Source of the DNA: Minisyncoccia bacterium
Lineage (GTDB): Bacteria > Patescibacteriota > Minisyncoccia > SW-4-49-11
Direction of reading: 5' to 3'
Length of the DNA: 64,000 bases
Assembly (NCBI GenBank): GCA_044356725.1
Contig: JBIKVS010000002.1
Location: 36,023-100,022 of the forward strand
The notes under the pieces are model-generated. The model saw nothing but the letters and a program-made list of their open reading frames with translations. It searched no databases and had not been told where the DNA came from. Made by a program: the position numbers and the translations under genes. Positions within the stretch are counted from its first letter, which is position 1. Each line of letters begins with the position of its first letter. Below, in pieces: positions 49,533 through 58,944 of this stretch.

Positions 49533-50678
49533 TTATTTATCCCTAAATATATCCAAGTATTCGCGATACATATACGACTGACCATAAGTGATATCCTCAT
49601 CCTTAGGAGAAAGTATTCCCAAATTCACAAATCGATCAATAACCCTTTGAGCTCCAGCCCAAGAAAACCCAGTCCACTTTTGAATAGTAGCCACATTGAC
49701 AATAGGTTGTCCATAAAGCTGAGGCAAGACCAACATAGCACTCTCTGAAGCTCTAGCACTCAATACATTAAGCCTATCCCTATCTCTTTCTCGAAGTTCT
49801 GTAATTGCCCCAACAATATCAATAGCCTCTTGTGCAATCGTAATCACACCATCAAGGAAAAACTCAAGCCACTCATTCACCTCTCCCTTATGATAAGCAT
49901 TCAGTTTCTCATAATAAACTTGTTGATATCGCCGAAAATACGAAGATAAAAATAATACCGGCTTCTCGATAAAGCCTTGTTGCCAAAGATAAAAAGTAAT
50001 CAACATTCGCCCCGTACGACCATTCCCATCCAAAAATGGATGAATAGTCTCAAATTGCGAATGAATCAACCCAGCTTTAATAAGAGTCAATATATCATCC
50101 TCAGAATGAAAAAACTTTTCCAAATCATCCAAAGCCTTATTCATTTCATCCACTGGAGGAGGTACAAACCTTGCATTATCTAAATTAGTCCCTCCAATCC
50201 AATTCTGACTATTACGAAATTCCCCAGGATCAGCAAAATGAGAAGCTCTAGCATCATTCATCAACATACTATGTAATTCACGAATAAATCTTAGAGAAAG
50301 CGGAAAATTATCTTCTTCTACCCTATTCATACCATAATTCAAAGCTTTGATATAATGAAGAATATCTTGTACATCATCAGGAATATTCATATTTGTATTT
50401 GCCTCAGCTTCGATAGCATCAATCATAGTAGCCCGAGTCCCTTCAATCTGACTGGAAGAAGCCGCGTCTTTTCTCAAATACATCAGTAAGAAAAAATCAG
50501 AATCAGGTAATAATCGAGTAATCCCATCTAATTTACCTAATAATCTGGTTGCTTGGTCATTCTTTTTTAGAACAATTGAGCTAAAATTAAAACCACCCTC
50601 AGGAGGGAAAGGCAAAGGGATAAAGGCATTGTACCCCTTAGGTTGCAAAATTATCTTACCGATTGACATATGATTCAT
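49533..50678 (-). CDS. Fic family protein (Fic_N + Fic + C-terminal wHTH); start probably 50678 or 50669
   Basis: HPFLDGNGRTGR Fic motif; SSQIEG inhibitory motif; PGEFRNSQNWIG. Confidence 0.93.
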   Translation of the reverse strand: MNHMSIGKIILQPKGYNAFIPLPFPPEGGFNFSSIVLKKNDQATRLLGKLDGITRLLPDSDFFLLMYLRKDAASSSQIEGTRATMIDAIEAEANTNMNIPDDVQDILHYIKALNYGMNRVEEDNFPLSLRFIRELHSMLMNDARASHFADPGEFRNSQNWIGGTNLDNARFVPPPVDEMNKALDDLEKFFHSEDDILTLIKAGLIHSQFETIHPFLDGNGRTGRMLITFYLWQQGFIEKPVLFLSSYFRRYQQVYYEKLNAYHKGEVNEWLEFFLDGVITIAQEAIDIVGAITELRERDRDRLNVLSARASESAMLVLPQLYGQPIVNVATIQKWTGFSWAGAQRVIDRFVNLGILSPKDEDITYGQSYMYREYLDIFRDK

Positions 50679-50680
50679 AA

Positions 50681-50795
50681 TTGTATATATTGATAGCTTG
50701 AATATATACAAAGTATATCAGTTTGTATATATTAGGTCAATAGATATATACAAAGCACCCTAGTTTGTATATATCTACACCCGAGATGTATACAA
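50681..50795. promoter_or_regulatory. Three tandem palindromic operator-like sites TTGTATATAT-N11-AT(A/G)TATACAA with a 42-bp period
   Basis: Sites start at 50681, 50723 and 50765, immediately upstream of the fic gene. Confidence 0.7.
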
Positions 50796-50798
50796 ACT

Positions 50799-51893
50799 TT
50801 ACAATTCCCCCGCGAAGGCTTTTTGGAGAATAGATTTTTTGAGCTCTTCTAATCTAAGTAATTTATCTCTATAAATAAACTCTAATCTCTGAGTCTCGGC
50901 TCTGAGGGCATCTAATCGCTGGACAATGGCTTTTTGTTCGGTGAGTGGTGGGAGAGGGATAGAAATATTTTCAATTTGTGTTTTATTAATTGAATTAAAA
51001 ACTGCTCCTGCATTTCCTTCAATTTCATTTTCATGATTTATAAGAAAATTAAAAAGAAACTCTTTATCAATACTCTTACTAGCTCTAATTGCAGCAAGCC
51101 CTCTACCAATACAGATTTTTTGTGTAGAAAAATTTACAGGACCAACTGGTGCCCTAACAGACATTAAAATATCTTCTGCCTCTGCTTCTTTGGTAATTTT
51201 GGTTGTCCATATTCTAGGTTCTCCAATATATTTATCTCCGTATTCTTTTTTACCTTGATAAAATGGCAAGCCTTTACCTTCTGAATTATAATATTTACCT
51301 TCTGGAGATTGTCCAGCAATAACCTCACACACATCCCCCAATTTCTTCTCCTCCCAATCATCACCTTTATTCTCGAACACACCTTGCAAATAACTTTGGA
51401 AAAGTTCTTTAGCATTTTTGAGATTTTGCTCCGTATTAGCCTTGACCTTATCAATCGCTTCGAAAGCCTGGTCTAAAATAGCTACAATCCGCTTTTGCTC
51501 GGTGAGTGAAATTTTTGGAAATTGTTCAAATTTATAATCTTTGAAATAAATATGTGGTATGGTACTACCATTTTTATATTTTATAAAATCTACTCCTTCT
51601 AGAAAATATTTAATGAAATCTATATCAAAACCATCTTTGGGTAACAGATATTGCATTGTTGCTACTATAGATGATTTTTCTGGATGTTTAGTAATTCTAC
51701 CTATCCCAGCACCATCTTTAATAATTGACAGATACTCTTTTTCCTGATGATAAAAAGATACATTTTGAACAAAACCTTGTGCACCAAATACAGGATATAT
51801 TCCGTCTTCATTTTCAATTTTATTAAGAGAAATATTAGATGATTCTTTTGATACTACTTCCTCCAAATTACAATATTGCCAATCTTTTTTCAT
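50799..51893 (-). CDS. hsdS: Type I R-M specificity subunit S (start ATG 51893)
   Basis: Two TRDs separated by conserved LTEQKRIVAILD and PLPPLTEQKAIV helices; KSILQKAFAGEL end. Confidence 0.93.
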   Translation of the reverse strand: MKKDWQYCNLEEVVSKESSNISLNKIENEDGIYPVFGAQGFVQNVSFYHQEKEYLSIIKDGAGIGRITKHPEKSSIVATMQYLLPKDGFDIDFIKYFLEGVDFIKYKNGSTIPHIYFKDYKFEQFPKISLTEQKRIVAILDQAFEAIDKVKANTEQNLKNAKELFQSYLQGVFENKGDDWEEKKLGDVCEVIAGQSPEGKYYNSEGKGLPFYQGKKEYGDKYIGEPRIWTTKITKEAEAEDILMSVRAPVGPVNFSTQKICIGRGLAAIRASKSIDKEFLFNFLINHENEIEGNAGAVFNSINKTQIENISIPLPPLTEQKAIVQRLDALRAETQRLEFIYRDKLLRLEELKKSILQKAFAGEL

Positions 51894-51894
51894 A

Positions 51895-53355
51895 TTATTT
51901 TTTAATTTCATCAAACTTATTATTTATAAAATCTATAAGAAGATCATAATATAAGTTTTTATAATTTTGATCAAGGCTTTGTTGTTTAATTGTTACTGTC
52001 TCCCCATAATGACTTCCTTCAAAAACTAACATATATTTACCGTACTCTGCATACTGAGAAGGTGAAGCTTGTTTGGGGTTAATTTTATTAGGATGAATAA
52101 TTATATATAGTTCTCTAATAATACTTCTATATTTGTATAATTCAGCTTCAAATTCAAAACCGTCATAAATATTACTATCTTTAATTTTTTGAATCCTACT
52201 GATTAAAGAGTCCTTTGTTTCAAACATATCAATCAAAATATCTACTGTTGTAAAAAGATAAGATGAATCAATAGGGATATTAGAAATTTTGTCTTTTACT
52301 GGAACTAGTTTTATTTTTGTATGTTTTAACAACTTCCGTAAATTAATAATATCTAAACTAATAGTTTTTCGTATAATATCTTGTATTATGAAATATGAGT
52401 AGTCTAAATTATTCTTTGGTGAATCTTCTCTCTGATATTTTTTTAATAAATCTCCTAGATTAGCTAAGAGAACTTTTCTATTATCAAACTCAAAAGGTTT
52501 TACTGTATAAAACTTATCTATATATCCATCAAAATCAGCTTTTTTCCCATATTTATGATGAAATATACTTTGAATATTATGATAATCTCCAACGATGATA
52601 ATATAATCAAATCCAAATTTATTATCTCCTTCTTGCTCTTTCCCTTGATCAAAATGAGCTGAAAGAATATTCAGTATCCTAAATATATGTTCAGGATCAA
52701 GTCTATCAAGATCATCTATGATGAGTACACTTTTCTTACTTCCTTTAATTTCTTGAATTTTATCTTTAATTAATTGACTAATTATATCGGTTTCAGTTAT
52801 GTCTTTAGATTCATTAGCTGATAAATAATTTTTTACAAGACCTTTTTCTCCCTCTTCATATGTAACCTTAACTTCTTGAAAGTTTTTATCTATATCTAAT
52901 AGTGTTTTTAGTGGTCTACCTAATTTACCTATTATTGGTATATCCTGAATCAATGGAATAGCTTCAAGCATATTAATAGTACCTGATAATATTTCATTTG
53001 TATTCTTCTGTGAGATATAATTCTTTATAAAAGAGTACCATGGAATATTTTGATTGGTCTTAAAATATTCTTCATATTTATCAAATAATTCAATCAATAT
53101 ATCGTACTTAATTAAATCAATAATATCCTCATTTGTAGATATCTGATAATTAACTGGGTATAAGTGTATTTTGAAATAGTCATTTTGCTTAGAGTCAAAG
53201 AATCTTTCAAGAAATTTAGTTTTCCCTACCCCATACTTACCCGAAAAGAATATACGAGCTGAACCATTATATTGATTTAACTCCTTTTCAAAACTATCCT
53301 GTACCGACTTGGTATCTATAAGATATTCTGGTTTTCTTGAGATCTCTGTTGTCAT
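51895..53355 (-). CDS. KAP family P-loop NTPase
   Basis: Walker A SGKYGVGKT, Walker B LIIDDLDRLDP and YIDKF; very AT-rich. Confidence 0.82.
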   Translation of the reverse strand: MTTEISRKPEYLIDTKSVQDSFEKELNQYNGSARIFFSGKYGVGKTKFLERFFDSKQNDYFKIHLYPVNYQISTNEDIIDLIKYDILIELFDKYEEYFKTNQNIPWYSFIKNYISQKNTNEILSGTINMLEAIPLIQDIPIIGKLGRPLKTLLDIDKNFQEVKVTYEEGEKGLVKNYLSANESKDITETDIISQLIKDKIQEIKGSKKSVLIIDDLDRLDPEHIFRILNILSAHFDQGKEQEGDNKFGFDYIIIVGDYHNIQSIFHHKYGKKADFDGYIDKFYTVKPFEFDNRKVLLANLGDLLKKYQREDSPKNNLDYSYFIIQDIIRKTISLDIINLRKLLKHTKIKLVPVKDKISNIPIDSSYLFTTVDILIDMFETKDSLISRIQKIKDSNIYDGFEFEAELYKYRSIIRELYIIIHPNKINPKQASPSQYAEYGKYMLVFEGSHYGETVTIKQQSLDQNYKNLYYDLLIDFINNKFDEIKK

Positions 53356-53479
53356 ATAACCTGCTTAATTTCATTTAATAATTTTTCTACTGAACTTATT
53401 CCTAATTACCAGTAGAATATTTTATATCTCTATTATACCAGTATTTTATATATTTTCTAAGGGGGGGGCGATAGATAAT

Positions 53480-54050
53480 GGAGGGATAAACGTTTACCTC
53501 CCGTAGGGACGGCTCCGCTACGAAAACAATGTCCCTCGCTGGCGAGAAAGGGGATCCCTCCTATACCTTGTTTAGGAGGGATGGGTGTGGACAAAATTCA
53601 TAATTTATCATTCACCATTCACAATTTATTTTTCCACCCCGTCTTTGTTTCACAAAGCCACCCCTCAAGAGGGGAATTTTTAGCTCAGTCCTACTCCGTC
53701 ACCTACGGTGCCACCTCCCCCACCTGTCTACCTTAGGTAGAAAGGAGGACATTTCTTAATTTGTCCCCCTTCGGAGGGGGAAGCCTGAAAGGCGGGGGTG
53801 GATAGAGTTTAATATAAAAGTTATTTAGGGTACAATTCTAAGATTATAAATTTTATAATTATCCACCACCGGCACTTCGTGCCACCTCCTCCACCTGTCT
53901 ACCTTAGGTAGAAAGGAGGACAAAATGACTCAAAACACAAAAGCACTCTCCCCCCGTCTTTGTTTCACAAAGCCACCCCCTCCCAAACTAAGGTATGGGA
54001 GGGACGAAAGCCCTCAATTTATCGACCGTAGGTGGAGAGGGGAATTTTTT
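53480..54050. repeat. Large composite palindromic element cluster, copy K
   Basis: Contains most module types; two copies carry the loop insertion cacctgtctaccttaggtagaaagg; two copies of ccccgtctttgtttcacaaagccacccc; internal heptamer tract. Confidence 0.88.
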
Positions 54051-54169
54051 TCAAAAAATATCCTTTAATTACAGACATCTGTAAGCCCCATCCTACAAAA
54101 TTAATTCCTCAATTTAACCTCTCATATACAAGTATAATTAACAATTTTATAATTATTATACATAAACCC

Positions 54170-54198
54170 TTGACAAATTTTGAAAAGTATGATATATT
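54170..54198 (+). promoter_or_regulatory. Sigma70-type promoter TTGACA-17-TATATT with extended -10 TG
   Basis: ttgacaaattttgaaaagtatgatatatt. Confidence 0.7.
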
Positions 54199-54207
54199 CT
54201 TTCACAA

Positions 54208-54288
54208 GCTTCGGCTAAAGGAAAAGTCTACATAGTCTTAACTTATCTGATAAAGATAATTAACCGAGACAACTCCTTTAGCCCGAGC
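54208..54288 (+). ncRNA. Candidate structured RNA / leader hairpin
   Basis: gcttcggctaaagga pairs with tcctttagcccgagc; inner stems gtct/agac and ttatct/agataa; directly after the promoter. Confidence 0.45.
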
Positions 54289-54342
54289 CTAACCCACGGT
54301 ACGCTGACTCGCTGTCACCGTGCCACTACCGGAGGAATCTCC

Positions 54343-54426
54343 ATGGCCAAAGCCAGAGCTGGTCCTGCCCACACCAATTTTGTGGGCACTTCCAACAACA
54401 ACGGCAGTTTCGCCAACTTCTCCTGA
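54343..54426 (+). CDS. Micro-ORF, 27 aa (MAKARAGPAHTNFVGTSNNNGSFANFS)
   Basis: GGAGG at 54331-54335 before ATG; inside a promoter-terminator unit. Confidence 0.35.
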   Translation: MAKARAGPAHTNFVGTSNNNGSFANFS

Positions 54427-54714
54427 CCATTGAGGTCGTCCAATGAAAAAACGACGAACATTGGGGCTACTCGCCCCCGACAACTACCGTCAATAAAAAC
54501 ACTGCTCTCCCTTGTGGAGAGATTCCAGAGAGCTAAAAGTTCAAATCACGACCCCTGTTGCTTGCATCAGGGGTTTAGACTTTATATAAAGTTATGTTAT
54601 TTTATACACCTTACTATACTAGGCAACTGTCGCAAATTTTGCGATAGTTCAATGTTTATCTAATATTTAATTAGTGAATATATTTTCTAAGGGGGAGGAA
54701 GTAAGTTTATAGCT

Positions 54715-54962
54715 TTGTCCACACCCACCACTTCGTGGCCCCCCCTCGCCAGCGAGGGACAGTTTGTAACTGTCCTCCCTTCTACCCAAGGTAGACAGGT
54801 GGGGGAGGTGGCGCCGTAGGTGACGGAGGAGGACATAAACTCAAGTCACATAAACCATTTCACCCCGTCAGGCAAAGCCTGCCACCCCTCAAGAGGGGAA
54901 TTTTAAAAACATGTCGGCGAGGGTGCCGAATCTACAAATTTACAATTCATCATTCATAATTC
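54715..54962. repeat. Composite palindromic element, copy L
   Basis: acacccaccacttcgtgg..cctcgccagcgagggac; gtcctcc module with ctacccaaggtagacaggt insertion; cccctcaagagggg and gtcggcgagggtgccga modules; right heptamer tract. Confidence 0.88.
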
Positions 54963-54971
54963 AAACTTCCC

Positions 54972-56426
54972 CTACACCAACTTCTCTAATTTTGAGAGTA
55001 TGGCTTGGCTGTCGGTATCGAGGGTTTGGATTTCACTTAATATCTCTTGTGGGTCTCGAAGTTGGGTGTCGTCTTTTTTATTGGGGTTTTTGACTGAGAG
55101 GTCAAAGGTGGTCTGATCGATATCGGCTATATTGACTGTCCAAGAATTCTCACTATCTGATTTAGTTTTCTGTAATTCTACAAATTCGGCTAAATCTTGC
55201 TCATTGAGAGGATTAGTTTTACCTAGATTACGATTGAGATTGAGCTGATAATACCAAATTTTAGAGGTTGACTCACCTTTGGTGAAGAATAAAACTACAG
55301 TTTTGACTCCTGCTCCGGTGAATGTCCCGCTCGGTAGGTCTAATATGGTATGTAGATTACAATTTTCTAATAATTGTTGTCTCAAGGCTATGCTAGCATT
55401 GTCGGTATTGGAGAGGAAGGTATTCTTGATAACTATACCTGAGTTTCCTCCAGCTTTCAGGATTTTGATAAAATGTTGTAAGAAAAGTGATGCGGTCTCT
55501 CCAGTTTTGATGGGGAAATTTTGTTGTATTTCGGCTCTTTCTTTACCTCCAAAGGGTGGATTAGCAAGTACGATGTCATAGCGGTCTTTTTCTTGTATGT
55601 CTTGTAAATTCTCGGTCAGGGTATTCTTATGAATAATATTCGGAGCTTCGATACCATGTAATATCATATTCATTATGGCGATGATATAGGCAAGGGAACC
55701 TTTTTCCTTACCATAAAAAGTTTGTTTTTGTAATATTTCGGTGTCTTTACTACTAAGAGACTTGCCTTCGGTTAGATAATTATAGGCTTCGACCAAAAAG
55801 CCGGCTGAACCTACGGCTCCATCATAAATGGTTTGTCCAATTTTAGGGTCTATGACTTTGACTATGGTGGTGATTAGCGGTCTTGGGGTGTAATATTCTC
55901 CCCCATTTCGTCCAGCATTACCCATATTCTTGATCTTGGCTTCGTATAGATGGCTCATTTCATGCTTTTCGGTAGAGGTGCGGAATTTGAGTTTGCTGAT
56001 TAGCTCAATGATTTCTCTCAAGGCATAACCGCTGGCGATTTTATTTTTGAGTTCGCTAAAAATTTCTCCAATTTTATATTCGATGGTGTTGGTTTCTAAG
56101 AATTGAGTTTTAAATTTTTTGAGATATGGGAAAAGTTTGAGATTTACAAAATCTGTTAAATCATCTCCTGTCAGAGCTTTGTTATGGTCATATTTGTCAT
56201 TGCTATCTAGTGGCATTGCCCAAGTACTCCATTGATATTCTGGAGCTATGATGGGTTGATATTCTCTATCTTCTAATTGAGCAATGAGGGCTTTATCTTT
56301 TTCTAAATCGTCTAAATATTTGAGAAATAAGATCCAAGAGGTCTGCTCAATATAGTCAAGTTCAGTCTGAGAGCCGCCGGCTTTCCTGAGTATGTCGTCT
56401 ATATTTTTGAATGTTTGCTCGAACAT
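54972..56426 (-). CDS. hsdM: Type I R-M DNA methyltransferase subunit M (N6-adenine)
   Basis: GEYYTPR, IYDGAVGSAGFL and VLANPPFGG. Confidence 0.96.
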   Translation of the reverse strand: MFEQTFKNIDDILRKAGGSQTELDYIEQTSWILFLKYLDDLEKDKALIAQLEDREYQPIIAPEYQWSTWAMPLDSNDKYDHNKALTGDDLTDFVNLKLFPYLKKFKTQFLETNTIEYKIGEIFSELKNKIASGYALREIIELISKLKFRTSTEKHEMSHLYEAKIKNMGNAGRNGGEYYTPRPLITTIVKVIDPKIGQTIYDGAVGSAGFLVEAYNYLTEGKSLSSKDTEILQKQTFYGKEKGSLAYIIAIMNMILHGIEAPNIIHKNTLTENLQDIQEKDRYDIVLANPPFGGKERAEIQQNFPIKTGETASLFLQHFIKILKAGGNSGIVIKNTFLSNTDNASIALRQQLLENCNLHTILDLPSGTFTGAGVKTVVLFFTKGESTSKIWYYQLNLNRNLGKTNPLNEQDLAEFVELQKTKSDSENSWTVNIADIDQTTFDLSVKNPNKKDDTQLRDPQEILSEIQTLDTDSQAILSKLEKLV

Positions 56427-56534
56427 AGTGTTGTTTAGGTTATATATTTTATATTATAGCATTTTTTGGAGCAAATTATGAGTGTATAAAAAACTACCCT
56501 CCCAGCTGATGCGGGGAGGGGGGGGGTGATGGAA

Positions 56535-56783
56535 TTAAGCTCGGGATTGTTGTATTAAACTCCTAATCATACTATCTTCATCATAAGTTAGATAAAGTGA
56601 ATACATAGAGACTATAGAATTTTTTAAATGTAATTCAATTTTTTCTTCTTGATTGCGAAGCATCCCTAATAACATGCGTTCTTTATCCGAGTGTTGATGG
56701 GTAGTCTGTTCTAATATAGTTATCGCATCCAATAAATCTTGATTGAAATGAGCCCTGATTCTCATAGTGCTATCAGAAGACAT
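56535..56783 (-). CDS. Hypothetical protein
   Basis: ORF with an upstream TTGCCA/TATAGA promoter-like site and a downstream GC hairpin terminator (about 56486-56522). Confidence 0.45.
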   Translation of the reverse strand: MSSDSTMRIRAHFNQDLLDAITILEQTTHQHSDKERMLLGMLRNQEEKIELHLKNSIVSMYSLYLTYDEDSMIRSLIQQSRA

Positions 56784-56879
56784 AACTCAAGTTTTGATAA
56801 ACTCAATATAATCTATACCATATAATTTTTATCTTGGCAATATTATAAATAAAATACCTCCCCAGCTAGGATAGTTTTT

Positions 56880-56967
56880 AATTGTCCTACCTTGGGGGAG
56901 ACATAAACTAAAGTTCAAAAAACATCACCATGTCGGTGAGGGCGCCGACTCTACGAAATTTATAATT
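56880..56967. repeat. Composite palindromic element, copy M (short)
   Basis: tgtcctaccttgggggagac and tgtcggtgagggcgccgactctac plus a heptamer tract. Confidence 0.75.
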
Positions 56968-57731
56968 CACCATTCATAATTCAAAACTACCCTCACCCAC
57001 CATATATAAACTATTCCAGCTATTACTAACCACCAAAAGCCTAGCCAAGCTGCAATACCTATCCAAAAAGCTAAGCTCCAAATTCCTGACAAACTCAACC
57101 AAAAACCTATATTATTATCTATTTCTTTTTTCACTGGGAATAAAACATACCAGCCAGCAAAAGCTATGATGCTCGTCACCATCCAACCAAAGAAATTCAT
57201 CAAGGGCACTCCATAATACCAGCCATCTATTTCCCAAAGCCAAAATCCTAAGGCTGTTGCTCCTGGATCAAGTATCAGGTCAAAAGTTGTCATCAGCACT
57301 GCTCCTAAGATTATTTTAAGCCAAAGTTTGTATATTTTTAATTTTTGCACTAAAACTAAACTTAAGAAAAATATAGGAGTCCAAGACAAACTAACCGTCC
57401 ATGGCACTAGTCCAAAGATTTTGATATCCCCTAAAACCTCCCCATATACAAAAGCACTATAGGGCCAACTTGTGGCTATAGCAAAGGATTCTATCAGCAA
57501 GGGATAGCTAAAAATTAAAATGATTTTCCACCAGTCTTGCCTCCAAGCACACCATTTATGTAGTCCATATAATATTGGCAAAGCAATCAGTACATTTGTA
57601 GCTTGAGATATAGCTTGGAATATCCAAAATGGAAAAGGTAATTCTTCTGGCCTGAAGCTAAAATACACTACAAAGAATCCACTCAGGATTAAGCTAATAC
57701 TTGGAATTAAAAATAATAATTTTTTCTGCAT
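56967..57731 (-). CDS. cruF: Carotenoid 1,2-hydratase CruF-like (DUF422) membrane protein
   Basis: WPYSAFVY, GLVPWTVSLSW, FDLILDPGA..GFWLW and YYGVPLMNFFGW. Confidence 0.85.
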   Translation of the reverse strand: MQKKLLFLIPSISLILSGFFVVYFSFRPEELPFPFWIFQAISQATNVLIALPILYGLHKWCAWRQDWWKIILIFSYPLLIESFAIATSWPYSAFVYGEVLGDIKIFGLVPWTVSLSWTPIFFLSLVLVQKLKIYKLWLKIILGAVLMTTFDLILDPGATALGFWLWEIDGWYYGVPLMNFFGWMVTSIIAFAGWYVLFPVKKEIDNNIGFWLSLSGIWSLAFWIGIAAWLGFWWLVIAGIVYIWWVRVVLNYEW

Positions 57732-57766
57732 ATATGCTATACTTATTATTATATAATTATATCATA

Positions 57767-58606
57767 ATGAGTATTACGAAACTATTAAGAATTTCAAGAC
57801 CCAGATTTTGGATTTATTTATTAGGACCTTTTTTGATTGGGAGCATTTTGAGTTTAGAGCCTTTAGAAGTTGTAAGTAAGTGGCAATTTTGGCTTGGATT
57901 TATTTATTTTACCTTGCCTGCTAATCTTTTAATCTATGGGGTTAATGATATTTTTGACTATGAGACAGATAAATTAAACCCTAAAAAACAAAATTATGAG
58001 GAATTAGTCACTCCGTCCGAGCATATCTGGTTATGGATTTGGATTATTCTTACTAATATACCTTTTATTATAGCCCTATATCTGATTAATCCTTTGACTT
58101 TATTTGGTTGGCTTGGATTTATTATTCTGGGAGTGCAATACTCTGCCCTACCAATTCGAGCTAAAGCTAAGCCCTTCTTGGACTCTATATTTAATATACT
58201 ATATGTCTTCCCTGGTGTAATTGGCTATACTTTATTTGCTCAGAGCCTCACTTTAGATTGGAGATTATTACTAAGTGCCGGACTTTGGACTATGGCTATG
58301 CATACCTATTCAGCAATTCCTGACATTGAAGCGGATAGAGAGAGTAAAACCCCCACTATTGCCACAGTATTGGGAGCTAAATTAACTTTGGTCTATTGTT
58401 TTGTCTGTTATACCTTGTCTGGAATATTGTTAGCTCAGTTTAGTACAGTTCTTGGAATTTTAATTGCTATTGTATATGGGTTTATGATTGGCTTTAGCTG
58501 GTCAGATAATACAGCTAAAATATTCAAATTATATACTTATTTCCCTGTACTTAATACTATTATTGGGTTTATTTTGTTTTGGAGCATTGTGATTTGGTAT
58601 AGGTAG
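57767..58606 (+). CDS. UbiA-family prenyltransferase, lycopene elongase (CrtEb/LyeJ)-like; start at ATG 57767
   Basis: SRPRFWIY, YGVNDIFDYETD..NPKK, YSALPIRAK.KPFLDS and MHTYSAIPDIEAD. Confidence 0.82.
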   Translation: MSITKLLRISRPRFWIYLLGPFLIGSILSLEPLEVVSKWQFWLGFIYFTLPANLLIYGVNDIFDYETDKLNPKKQNYEELVTPSEHIWLWIWIILTNIPFIIALYLINPLTLFGWLGFIILGVQYSALPIRAKAKPFLDSIFNILYVFPGVIGYTLFAQSLTLDWRLLLSAGLWTMAMHTYSAIPDIEADRESKTPTIATVLGAKLTLVYCFVCYTLSGILLAQFSTVLGILIAIVYGFMIGFSWSDNTAKIFKLYTYFPVLNTIIGFILFWSIVIWYR

Positions 58607-58677
58607 GGAGATAATTGTGAGTGGTGAATTGTTCAATACCTATTGACAAATATTAGAAAATATGATATATATTTATA

Positions 58678-58829
58678 TGAACATGAGGTGATATTCAGTA
58701 ATAGTACATATATATGGTTAGATACCTATATATTACATTACTAGATATTAGTCTAATAGTTACTATTTAATAGGCATAGGTATTTGAGATATATACAAAC
58801 TCGGATACCACATAATACACCTCTGTTCA
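58678..58829 (+). ncRNA. Candidate rod-shaped structured RNA (6S-like architecture)
   Basis: TTGACA at 58643; closing stem tgaacatgaggtg/cacctctgttca, central bubble, inner stem agatacctat/ataggtattt; terminator gatcctagc..gctgggatc + T-run at 58855-58891. Confidence 0.5.
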
Positions 58830-58944
58830 AGACAATGTCTCTTTTCTTCATTCCGATCCTAGCGCCACTTTGGTTGCTGGGATCTTTTTTTATAAAGAAT
58901 TTCATAGTAGCTCGTATATTCTATACTCAAAAGGAGGATAAAAT

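Noticed and set aside
50933-51508. Short repeats in hsdS (ttttg(t/c)tcggtgagtg) as a phase-variable shufflon
   Set aside because: These are the ordinary conserved LTEQK regions of HsdS; no silent hsdS copies or invertase are nearby.
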